IMG/VR virus record: IMGVR_UViG_3300008255_000207
Span: 1 to 43,165 of that record
From: a virus
Taxonomy: Duplodnaviria > Caudoviricetes
Reading direction: 5' to 3' (one strand)
Length of the DNA stretch: 43,165 nt
A model generated the notes under the pieces. That model saw only the letters and a program-made list of their open reading frames with translations, was not told where the DNA came from and made no database searches. This document shows, piece by piece, positions 26,652 to 35,329 of the stretch; the stretch's first letter is position 1; every line of letters starts with the position of its first letter. The position numbers were made by a program, and so were the translations under genes.

Positions 26652-27136
26652 ATCCGCACCCCCCATCCTTGACGCAATGGGCCCTGATCAAGGGGGGTGT
26701 TATCCACCAAAATTGAGACTGCCCCAGCAGCTATATCCGCTTTCAATTCCCGGTCTATATCATCACCTTCAAACCCGCTTGGCAGATGACGAAGCACATC
26801 ACGGGCATGTTCACGAATGGGCCTGACAGATTTGGCCAACATGCCCTCTGGTGGGATAACAATTTTTACCCAACCATCGCCCTTGGTGACTGTAAAGCCT
26901 TTTTTACCACCCCACCGAGGGGCTGACCCACGCTCACGCATTGAAATTGCAATAGCTGCCATTTGGGCCCGGCTCACTTCTGACCAGTTGATAATTCGGG
27001 TACTGCCCTGATCGACGGCTGCCGCATAACTGACATTGTTCTCAATTGAAATGGAGTACTCCGACTGTAAACGATTGATGCGCGAGCGCAACAATGCCTC
27101 TATGCTTGAAATATTGGAAGTGATGATAATACTCAT
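26648..27136 (-). CDS. Neck/tail completion protein (HK97 gp10-like)
   Basis: NNVSYAAAVDQG and TPLDQGPLRQGW motifs. Confidence 0.6.
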   Translation of the reverse strand: MSIIITSNISSIEALLRSRINRLQSEYSISIENNVSYAAAVDQGSTRIINWSEVSRAQMAAIAISMRERGSAPRWGGKKGFTVTKGDGWVKIVIPPEGMLAKSVRPIREHARDVLRHLPSGFEGDDIDRELKADIAAGAVSILVDNTPLDQGPLRQGWGVRI

Positions 27137-27585
27137 TTGTCGCGCACCAAGGCCAGTTTCCAGCTCAAGCCATCATTGTCGGCAAGTGTGCCAGGTGCAA
27201 TTGAATAATAATCACTGCCCAATTTATAACGCAGCTGCTGACCTGGCATCAAATCTTTGCCCAACAGTTGCTCTCGTGTGAGCAGACTGCCAGATTGATC
27301 CTCGGCAGCAATTTCAATATCCGCATCACCGACACGTGCCAAAGATTTAAGTTCATCACTCCAGCGTTTGGCATCGCCCAAGCGTTCATCAATGGGGATC
27401 AGCAAGACTTCTGAATCTGCTAACAAAGCCAAAGCACTGCCCTTAAGCGGATTGGTTCCTGCCAGCGTCGTGGCCCAAACTTCCATTTGCAAAGGCAGCC
27501 TGCCACCCAAGTTTTTGCTCTGGGCATTCAGGCTCTTGTATTTTGTTGAGATTTTGGTCTGAAGCCTGCGCTGAAAGGTGGTCAT
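27133..27585 (-). CDS. Head closure / head-tail joining protein
   Basis: Synteny, ATGA overlaps. Confidence 0.5.
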   Translation of the reverse strand: MTTFQRRLQTKISTKYKSLNAQSKNLGGRLPLQMEVWATTLAGTNPLKGSALALLADSEVLLIPIDERLGDAKRWSDELKSLARVGDADIEIAAEDQSGSLLTREQLLGKDLMPGQQLRYKLGSDYYSIAPGTLADNDGLSWKLALVRDK

Positions 27586-27953
27586 ATAATCGCGCGATTC
27601 CGCCGCTTGGTTCCGCCACGGGATTGGGTATTGATGTTTAAATCAAGCGAGGTGGCCAGTTGCTCACGCCAAAAGCGGTACATGTCCATGGTTCGCGCCT
27701 CGGAATCTTTGGCAAATTTAATACCCTTGGCCTCGTCGATATCAAAGCCCTCGGGCAAAGCTTTGAGCTGCGTACGAAGGTTATTAAGTGTATCAAGATG
27801 CTCTCTGACCATAGCCAAATGAGCATCCTCAGAAATAGCATCCAAAGTGGGGTTAACGTAGAGAGTCACATAAGCTGGTGGCGTCTCCCCGCTGCTCCAG
27901 CGCAGATGGTCTTTAATTTGAGCTTTTTCAGTATCAGTCAGAGAGCCTGGCAT
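27582..27953 (-). CDS. Head-tail adaptor protein
   Basis: LTDTEKAQIKDHL helical N-terminus, synteny. Confidence 0.55.
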   Translation of the reverse strand: MPGSLTDTEKAQIKDHLRWSSGETPPAYVTLYVNPTLDAISEDAHLAMVREHLDTLNNLRTQLKALPEGFDIDEAKGIKFAKDSEARTMDMYRFWREQLATSLDLNINTQSRGGTKRRNRAII

Positions 27954-27955
27954 TT

Positions 27956-28141
27956 TTAAGGTGCCTTCGGTTTATGCCAGCTGCCGAGCTGCATGTCTGG
28001 CAAACCAGCGTATTCTTTGTGAGCATCAGGGTGAGGCTCTTGAGATTCTTTTGATTTAGGCGGATTGGCCAAAGGAGGTTTTGAGGCTGCAGCTGAAGCT
28101 GCAACCTCACTCTTTTTGGCTTCGGGCTTTTTATCGTCCAT
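27956..28141 (-). CDS. Small hypothetical protein
   Basis: SD AAGGAG. Confidence 0.55.
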   Translation of the reverse strand: MDDKKPEAKKSEVAASAAASKPPLANPPKSKESQEPHPDAHKEYAGLPDMQLGSWHKPKAP

Positions 28142-28175
28142 GGGAATACTCCTTAATTGATTGGTTTAAACCGGA

Positions 28176-28538
28176 TTATTTTGCGGGCTTTGGTTCAGGA
28201 GGCTCAACAGAATCAACTCTGCTGAACCCTTTGCGGTGCTCCCAGCGGCCCTTTTCAGGGCATTTGGGATCGAGATGGGTCTTTTTTTTCTTCACTTGTT
28301 CAGTGCGCTTTTCAATGGGCTGGCCTTGATCCATCAGCTGTAAAGCCAAGGGTTCATCCTTGATCTCCTGGCCTTTTTTGTACTTCACCGTGGAGAGCCC
28401 GCCATCGCCAACACTGCCCTCGAAATCGTCCTCAGCAAAATAGCGGTGCTTGTCGGCATAGAACTCACCCTCTTTCAACTCAGCTTCTGGCTGGGTTTTT
28501 GGTTTCTTTTCTGCCGGTGGCTTTTCCTGTTCGCTCAT
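28176..28538 (-). CDS. Hypothetical protein (capsid-adjacent)
   Basis: SD GAAAGGA. Confidence 0.65.
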   Translation of the reverse strand: MSEQEKPPAEKKPKTQPEAELKEGEFYADKHRYFAEDDFEGSVGDGGLSTVKYKKGQEIKDEPLALQLMDQGQPIEKRTEQVKKKKTHLDPKCPEKGRWEHRKGFSRVDSVEPPEPKPAK

Positions 28539-28564
28539 AATGAAAAATTCCTTTCTTTATAATG

Positions 28565-28589
28565 GGGCCTGGAATTTAACCAGACCCCA
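28565..28589 (-). terminator. Hairpin after the major capsid gene
   Basis: TGGGGTCTGG/CCAGGCCCCA stem. No strong U tract. Confidence 0.4.
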
Positions 28590-28594
28590 GATGA

Positions 28595-29926
28595 TTAGCT
28601 TGTCTGGATAGCAACGCCACGAACAAAGGTGGCATAAATATGCTCACCAAAGTTTTTCAGACTGTCAGTTGTGGCAGCCCGACCCGTGAATGATTTCCAT
28701 GAAGTTGTAAAAACTTCAGCATTGGCATCCAACGGTTTGCGGATTGTCAGGGTGATATGAGACTCGGGATCGTGAATCTGATTAAACAGAGGCCCAATCT
28801 CTTTACTCAAGTGATTTGGCTCACCCTCGTAGTAGTAGCGCTCGGCAATGCCTTGACCAGTCACCAATGCACGACGAACCTTCACGCCACTCGCGTTATT
28901 GCTTTGAGCCAGCTGGTGGCTCCAGTCGAAGCGAATGCCCATACATTCGACGTTATTTCCGTAATGGAAATCGTCAGATTTGTACTGGCCACGATAAGCC
29001 TCTCTGAAAGATGAATTCTTCCACATTGAGCTAAAGTGGGTTTTATCGCCCAGAAAGTGATACATCCCGGTTTCTTCATGAGGATCGATGCCATTGAGAC
29101 CTAGGTAGGTACCAGCATCAACAACCGTATCAAAATCGAGCTTGTCACCAGCCTGAATTGCTGCAGGCGATGTGCGACCATTGGGACGCAATTGAGGCGG
29201 AGCACTGACTGCTTTAACCAGATCTCCGATTGTAATCGCGTTAATGTTTGCAGTAATGGTGATGGTGCCGGGGATGGTGTCATCAGCATCAACACGGGTG
29301 CCCTGTGTAACTGCAGAAATCTGACGCAGCACGGTGCCATCATTTGTGTTTGTGATATAGACCGCAACAGTGTTTGAAGCACTGACAGCTTTGCGCACAC
29401 CATCTACATAGCTGAACGTCAGACCGTTGGTGTCATACACATCAAACTCAGACAATGTGATAGCACTGTCTGTTTCTGAAGCGTTGGTACAGCCTCCGTG
29501 ATAAGCCTGGTTTAAAGTGCGCCGATCCTGGAGATCGAGTGTCGCGCTGGCTTTCCCTGCCAACCACTGCAAATCACGTTCAAAGGTGTCAGCAAAGTTG
29601 ACCATGGCAGCCATGACATTGGTTTTGGTCATGCCCTGAAAACGGTACAACCTGGCGGGCCATTTTTCAGTTTTGGCATAGCTGGCAGTCATACCGCTGT
29701 CGATTGAGTCATTGTCAGGGGGAGTTGTGGGGTCTTGATCAGGGGCTCCGTTTTCTTTACGAGCACGCCAAAAGGTTTCCCCATCGTGCTGCGGAACAGA
29801 AACGTCATCGAATGATTGTCCATAAATCAGGCGGCGTTTTAAAGCATTGTTAAACGTCCCGATAGCGAGGTCTGACTCAACCGTGTGGTCGAGATCGGTA
29901 CCTAAATTGTGAATAGATCCTGCCAT
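28595..29926 (-). CDS. Major capsid protein
   Basis: 443 aa after the scaffold gene. Contains an apparent beta-rich insertion. SD GAAAGG. Confidence 0.75.
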   Translation of the reverse strand: MAGSIHNLGTDLDHTVESDLAIGTFNNALKRRLIYGQSFDDVSVPQHDGETFWRARKENGAPDQDPTTPPDNDSIDSGMTASYAKTEKWPARLYRFQGMTKTNVMAAMVNFADTFERDLQWLAGKASATLDLQDRRTLNQAYHGGCTNASETDSAITLSEFDVYDTNGLTFSYVDGVRKAVSASNTVAVYITNTNDGTVLRQISAVTQGTRVDADDTIPGTITITANINAITIGDLVKAVSAPPQLRPNGRTSPAAIQAGDKLDFDTVVDAGTYLGLNGIDPHEETGMYHFLGDKTHFSSMWKNSSFREAYRGQYKSDDFHYGNNVECMGIRFDWSHQLAQSNNASGVKVRRALVTGQGIAERYYYEGEPNHLSKEIGPLFNQIHDPESHITLTIRKPLDANAEVFTTSWKSFTGRAATTDSLKNFGEHIYATFVRGVAIQTS

Positions 29927-30010
29927 TGTTCGGCCTTTCTTCCAAGTTTTTTATTCGGCTGGACATCTCGTCCAAAACTTTTGAGGCATCTCGCCTCGGG
30001 CTTGTTTAAT

Positions 30011-30670
30011 CTAGCGGCGCATAGCCTGCCAACCGGCTTTGATCAATTTTTTATTTTCAAGGCTGGTTGATGATGGGTCTATTTTTACTTTGCCTGGTGA
30101 AGTTCCGCCTCGGCCTTCACCACCTGGCGCCGGGCCCGTGTCGGTGGGTTTGTTCTCACCAAACAGATGGGGCTTAGCCTTGGCCAAGGTTTTGGCAAAA
30201 TCTGCAGGGGTGGTCTTTTCACGTTCTTCTGCTGGTAATGCATTCCAATGCAGCATCACGCTGTCAATGTCTGCAGCCCCAACAGTAGAAAAGGCCAGCT
30301 TTGCTTCCAAGTTGCTACGAGTACTCAACTCAGTTTCATACTTGAGCTTCCAGTCTCCAGCTTCCGCTTTTGCACGTTCAGACTCTGACAGTTCAGCGCG
30401 TTGCCGTTCTGTTTCAGCATCTTTCAGCCTTTTGAGCTCTAAACGACGCTCAGCGGATTCATTGTTGACTTTGGCCAATTTTGATTCTGCACTGGTGAGT
30501 TTGCCGTGAACACCTAAAAGCAATTCAGCCAGCTTGCCAGGATCGCCCTTGGCAGCAGCTATTTGCTGTTCAAGCTCACTGGGTTCTGGCTTCTCGCCAG
30601 TACCAGTGCCTTCAGCGGCATTATTATTTTGATCATTGGTAGCCTCGTTAGAGGCATTATCTGAATTATT
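30011..30670 (-). CDS. Capsid scaffolding protein; true start unresolved
   Basis: NNESAERRLELK coiled coil and KAKPHLFG motif. The frame is open and protein-like ~50 codons upstream of TTG 30523. Confidence 0.7.
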   Translation of the reverse strand, partial: NNSDNASNEATNDQNNNAAEGTGTGEKPEPSELEQQIAAAKGDPGKLAELLLGVHGKLTSAESKLAKVNNESAERRLELKRLKDAETERQRAELSESERAKAEAGDWKLKYETELSTRSNLEAKLAFSTVGAADIDSVMLHWNALPAEEREKTTPADFAKTLAKAKPHLFGENKPTDTGPAPGGEGRGGTSPGKVKIDPSSTSLENKKLIKAGWQAMRR

Positions 30671-30745
30671 GAAAGCAAAAGCCCTCCTTTTGACAGTCTT
30701 AAAACTATCATGAAGGAGGGCAAAGGGGGCTTATTTTAAGTTTGG

Positions 30746-30964
30746 TCAACTGACCAGCGTTTCTTCTATTCTGGGATCAGGATCCCACTCAAGAACTCTA
30801 GCACCCATACGAGAAGAGAAATGTTGCATACAATCGTTTGCGGAGCCTACAATGTTCTCGAGAACCATTTGAAGATGGGCCTGAACGCTTTTGTTCGGGC
30901 ATTCCCACTCACAGGTCTCTTGGTTAAACTCAGCGATATCATCCAGAAACTGAATCTTTGCCAC
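30746..30964 (-). CDS. Small acidic protein, candidate immunity protein for the MuF toxin domain
   Basis: SD GGGAG. Overlaps the MuF stop. Confidence 0.5.
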   Translation of the reverse strand: MAKIQFLDDIAEFNQETCEWECPNKSVQAHLQMVLENIVGSANDCMQHFSSRMGARVLEWDPDPRIEETLVS

Positions 30965-32885
30965 GCATTATCTCCCAAATAAAATCGAAAAATTTCGGAT
31001 CTCGAACACTAAATAGAGCTGGATTTAAGTACATTTGCTCAAATCCTGTTGCCAAAATCTCAGAGCCTATAGGGGGCTCTCCTGGAAACTTGGGCAAGGA
31101 CCGCTCCACTTCCCCTTTTCTGGTCACATAATATGACTTGCCTGAATAGGCATCATTGAAATGGTCTTTGCGCGTCCATTCGTCTTTTCCAAAGATTTCC
31201 CGAGGATATATTTTGCTCAACTGAACAAAATCTTCTCCCCTTACTCTATTATCGAGGAATTTTAGACTTTCTTGCAAGGCTTTTTTGTCCCAGAGCTCAA
31301 AAAAGTGAGTTAATTCATGCACTATCAGATATGTCGGGTTTTTTTCATTAAGATAGAACAGATCTGGATTGTTTTCATTTTCCTCACCATCTCTTTGACC
31401 TGCCTGAAATTGTGGGCGTCCCGTTTTTCTAATGATTTTAATTGGCTTTAGGGGCAATCGCCCGCCAAGCATTTGCCCAAATCCTTTAGCTGTAATTTCA
31501 GTCTTTTCTCGCAAAGGTTCTAAAACACCAGGGCCATACTGAATGTTTAATCTCGGTGCATCAGGAAGCAAAATTGCATTTCGAAATTTCTCACCCTTAG
31601 CGTAGAGCGTAGCCAAATGTCTTTCACCAGCAATGCGGTTCTCGTCGTGCAAGCGATTGTATCGCTGTTTTTCCAAGGTCAAAATTTTTTTCTTTTGCCT
31701 ATTTTTCTCTTCAATTCTAAAAAGTTGTTTGTCTCGCGCCTTTTCTTCCTTCTCGAAAGCCTTTTGTAGGGCCAATGTTTCCAGCCCTTTATCTTTTATC
31801 TGGGCACGTACTTCAGGGCCACTCAATTGGCGCAAATGCCCTGTTGGTTGTGCTTGTAAAGGTGGCGTTTGGGATTCGTCTTGCACATCACGCCCTGAGC
31901 GGCTGCTGTTCTCGGACGGCATCTTAGGCTCTCCCTGTGGATGCTTTGCTTCACCAAACGCTTTACCCGACCAATCTGGAGACCATCCAACTTCAACGCC
32001 ACGATCCCCAAAGTGAGCAGGGATCGATTTGGTGCGCAGCCCGAGCTCAAAGTGTTTCATTAAAATGCCACTGTTGGAGGCCTTGCGCCCGGTTATAGTT
32101 TTGTATTCCGCTTTTGCAGCATTGAGAGCTGCCGTGTGGACTTCGTAATACTCCTTTTTGGTCACATTGCGCACAGTGCCAGAAAGTGCCCATGAAAGCC
32201 AATGGTTTCGGGTCTTATTGGTTTTATCCACCAGGTCTTTGACCATCAACCAAAACTCTTTTTTGGGGAATTCAAGCTGCATTTGTTTGATCAATTCCAC
32301 CTTGCCCTGATTACTGGCGCGGGCCGTCTCCATGCGAACGATCAGGTGAAGGTGGTTTTTGTTCTTTGCCTGGCCTTTGAATTGGCCCAAGCGGCGCATT
32401 GTTTGCTTAACGCCCTCACCTTGAGAAACAGACTGAGCAATGATTGAGCGGATCTGCTTCTGCTGGAGCTGGTTGAATCCAGATATAGCAATGTTTTGAG
32501 TGTTCACCAGGGCTTTGATTGTCTGCTGTGGAATGATTGGTTTGAAGTCTGCGTATTGTGAGGCTGTCTTTGGATCGCCAAAGGCCTGCTCTAACTTCTG
32601 CCATGCTTTTTTATCGCGTGGGATCTGCTGATTGAAAACCCTGCGAACCTGTGCACCAAGCAGATCCCCATGTTTTTCTCGCATGGTTTCCATAACGGCC
32701 CCCAGCTGGGCATGCACCAGGCGCATGTGCCTGGCAGAATAGGTGTTTTTACCTTCGAGGGCCTTGAGCTTGCCTTCGAGCTCCAAGAATGAATCCTGGT
32801 AAACCCGCATCATTTTATTGACGGTGCGGGCCTCTTGATTGGCCAGCCAAGCAGCCTCTTGGCTTACAAGCTCTTTTATATCCAT
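30939..32885 (-). CDS. MuF/SPP1 gp7-like minor head protein with C-terminal HEXXH domain
   Basis: IVRMETARASNQG and IPAHFGDR MuF-like motifs, a linker, then LIVHELTHFFE...SEILATGFE. Confidence 0.7.
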   Translation of the reverse strand: MDIKELVSQEAAWLANQEARTVNKMMRVYQDSFLELEGKLKALEGKNTYSARHMRLVHAQLGAVMETMREKHGDLLGAQVRRVFNQQIPRDKKAWQKLEQAFGDPKTASQYADFKPIIPQQTIKALVNTQNIAISGFNQLQQKQIRSIIAQSVSQGEGVKQTMRRLGQFKGQAKNKNHLHLIVRMETARASNQGKVELIKQMQLEFPKKEFWLMVKDLVDKTNKTRNHWLSWALSGTVRNVTKKEYYEVHTAALNAAKAEYKTITGRKASNSGILMKHFELGLRTKSIPAHFGDRGVEVGWSPDWSGKAFGEAKHPQGEPKMPSENSSRSGRDVQDESQTPPLQAQPTGHLRQLSGPEVRAQIKDKGLETLALQKAFEKEEKARDKQLFRIEEKNRQKKKILTLEKQRYNRLHDENRIAGERHLATLYAKGEKFRNAILLPDAPRLNIQYGPGVLEPLREKTEITAKGFGQMLGGRLPLKPIKIIRKTGRPQFQAGQRDGEENENNPDLFYLNEKNPTYLIVHELTHFFELWDKKALQESLKFLDNRVRGEDFVQLSKIYPREIFGKDEWTRKDHFNDAYSGKSYYVTRKGEVERSLPKFPGEPPIGSEILATGFEQMYLNPALFSVRDPKFFDFIWEIMRGKDSVSG

Positions 32886-33301
32886 TAATTAGAGTGCGGG
32901 CCGTTTTGCAGCAATGCCCGTGCAGCCATCGCAGCAGAGGCAGATTTAGGTAGAATCAAGCGGGTGTTTTCAGCCAGCTTCTTTGCTCTGGCCACACGAA
33001 TAGCTGACGCCAGGTGCTGCAGCCAAGTGGCAAATTCTGAAATAATCCGCTTCTCTTCAGCCTCAAAGCTGCCAGCTTCAACAGCATCGACAGTATCCAT
33101 GTTCCAGTAGGTTTCGATACCTGTGGTGCTATCAATTCCAACATAGACATATTCAAGTGATTTGGGGCTGCCAGCGGTTGGGGATCGACGTTCAAAGCGC
33201 CAATCGTTTATATTTTTACTGGCATGCAAAAGGTGTTCCATGGAATTCAGCCGAGCTCGTGGGTCCCCAACTTCACCGCGCCGAACGTGAATATTACTCA
33301 T
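32885..33301 (-). CDS. Hypothetical protein
   Basis: Likely ATG 33301 overlapping the portal stop. Confidence 0.6.
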   Translation of the reverse strand: MSNIHVRRGEVGDPRARLNSMEHLLHASKNINDWRFERRSPTAGSPKSLEYVYVGIDSTTGIETYWNMDTVDAVEAGSFEAEEKRIISEFATWLQHLASAIRVARAKKLAENTRLILPKSASAAMAARALLQNGPHSN

Positions 33302-34886
33302 CGCCATCATCCTCTTTAGGTTCTTTATTTGAAATTTCAAAGGCAGCAGCCTGCATGTCCAGCTGCTGCTGCTGGGATTCCATTTGCTCCTTCTCGATCT
33401 GCTCCTCTTCTTCAGCGATGTCTTCGACATTGAAGAAGGGCAAAATATAGCGCCTGGCAGTACGTTTGCTTAAAAACCCGTTCATAACTGCTGATTCAGT
33501 ATTCTGGAGTTCCAGCTGGATAGACTCAGGTGTAACCGGCAGAAGATTGCCCCAATCAAGCTGTACTGTGAAGGTCTTTAATCCAGTTGGGATTTCTACT
33601 TCGGGCAATTTCAATTGAACTTTAAAAGAGCCTTTGACCAGCTTTTCAACGATGTCCACAATTGAATAACCTAAATCGCTGCGGTGACGCATGTTCTCTG
33701 CAATTTGAGGCCCCAAGCGCAGCATAAGAGCTTTGCCTGATTGCTCATTGTCTTGAGGTATCACCATGATTCTGGCCGCTTGGTAGAGATCATCTTTGGA
33801 TTCAGCAATATCTGTTTGAGCTACTTTGTAGCCTTCGGTATCATTGGCAAAGCTCTGGATTGAATCGCCTTCGAGCTCCCACACTGCACCACGTTGAAGG
33901 GGCTCGTCATCCTCAGCGTCACCAGGTCGACCAGCGGTACCTGGTCCCTTTGGCTTGGTCAGCAAAACCCGCTGAGGGTCCATGTTTCCACTGACACCAG
34001 CCATGATGTTGTTTCGGTATTCGATATACCCTTTGATATTGTCAATCATCTCGTCTGAAAACATAGAGTCTTTAAACTTCACAATCGAAACAGGCACAAA
34101 GCCCAGGCCATGCTTCAGCGCGAAAAGAGGCACACCAAAATCTATTTCACCCTGATCATCAAGATCGGTTTTGTCGGTAATTTCAAGCTCCCACTCAATC
34201 CAGGCGATTGAGTCAATGCGCTTTTTGTAGAGAAAGGTTTTCTCTTTGCCCATAACCTTGCGCTTAAAGAAGTACTTCTCTTCAAACCATTCCAGCTCAC
34301 GTGGATTGCGCTCAAAATACCCCCAATCGCACCACAGCCGATCTGGTAGCGTGTAATAGGGATATCCGTCATAAAAGCGCAGCAAAACAGGTTGCTCTTT
34401 GAGTGCCAGGCCTTCAAGCACTGCGTCTTCGATCATGTCCTGAAGACGCGAGGCCTTGAGCAATTCATCCAAAAAGGATTGAACGGCTCGCTTTTGTGCC
34501 AGGCTGGCTGCGAGCTCGGGATCGTCAACATCATCAAGCGGGTCCAGGCCAGGGAATGGTGCTTCGTCTTTTGTCACCAGCGAGATGGCTGGGAATTTAT
34601 CTGCTCCGACCAGGTAAGCCTGCTGAGTATGCACCATGATTTTGCCAATGGCAGGTTTAACAACGGGCTTCCAGTTTTTTCTATCAATCTGCCGGCCTAA
34701 ATCATCATACCGTTGACCCCAAGGGATACGGCGGCAATCCTCGTCAAACAGCTCTGTTTTATAACAGCGCCGGTAATCGATCAGCTGCTCTTGAAATTTG
34801 CTGTAGCCAGTTGGTGGGGGAATAATCTCACGGGCTTGGGGTGGGTGAACCTGTACGAGCTCTGACAGTTGTTTCGTGATTGTCAT
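33294..34886 (-). CDS. Portal protein (SPP1 gp6-like)
   Basis: QSGKALMLR and LSKRTA...EEEQIEKE motifs, synteny. Confidence 0.8.
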   Translation of the reverse strand: MTITKQLSELVQVHPPQAREIIPPPTGYSKFQEQLIDYRRCYKTELFDEDCRRIPWGQRYDDLGRQIDRKNWKPVVKPAIGKIMVHTQQAYLVGADKFPAISLVTKDEAPFPGLDPLDDVDDPELAASLAQKRAVQSFLDELLKASRLQDMIEDAVLEGLALKEQPVLLRFYDGYPYYTLPDRLWCDWGYFERNPRELEWFEEKYFFKRKVMGKEKTFLYKKRIDSIAWIEWELEITDKTDLDDQGEIDFGVPLFALKHGLGFVPVSIVKFKDSMFSDEMIDNIKGYIEYRNNIMAGVSGNMDPQRVLLTKPKGPGTAGRPGDAEDDEPLQRGAVWELEGDSIQSFANDTEGYKVAQTDIAESKDDLYQAARIMVIPQDNEQSGKALMLRLGPQIAENMRHRSDLGYSIVDIVEKLVKGSFKVQLKLPEVEIPTGLKTFTVQLDWGNLLPVTPESIQLELQNTESAVMNGFLSKRTARRYILPFFNVEDIAEEEEQIEKEQMESQQQQLDMQAAAFEISNKEPKEDDGDE

Positions 34887-35329
34887 GGGGCCCCCTGTAA
34901 CTCAGCAGACTCAGACACAACGGTCAGCCAACCCATTTGAGCGGCAGCAATAAACACCCATTGGGTGATGTGATTGTCTGCGATATGGGCAACATGATCA
35001 CGGGTACCGAGCGAGACAGCTTGGAGCAGTTGCACTGAAAGGCCAAAGAGCTGTTCTTTTTTTAGCGGGGCCAAACTGGAGTGGTAGATCCCCTTGATAT
35101 TGCCGTTATCATCAACGGATTGTTCGCCGTGAAGGCTGGCAATGCGGCAAACAAAGTCTGAGCAGGTTGCCAGGCCATTTCTCCACTTTGAGCGATGCCA
35201 TTCACTCACGGTCACATTGTGCAGCGTACCGCCCAAATTCCAACCCTTGGTCAGGTTGATGGATTCCGGCAGGATCATTGTTTTACGAAGTTTTTTCATA
35301 GGTTGCACCTCAATATAATTTTGAATCAT
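34883..35329 (-). CDS. Hypothetical protein
   Basis: Coupled between terminase and portal. Confidence 0.6.
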   Translation of the reverse strand: MIQNYIEVQPMKKLRKTMILPESINLTKGWNLGGTLHNVTVSEWHRSKWRNGLATCSDFVCRIASLHGEQSVDDNGNIKGIYHSSLAPLKKEQLFGLSVQLLQAVSLGTRDHVAHIADNHITQWVFIAAAQMGWLTVVSESAELQGAP

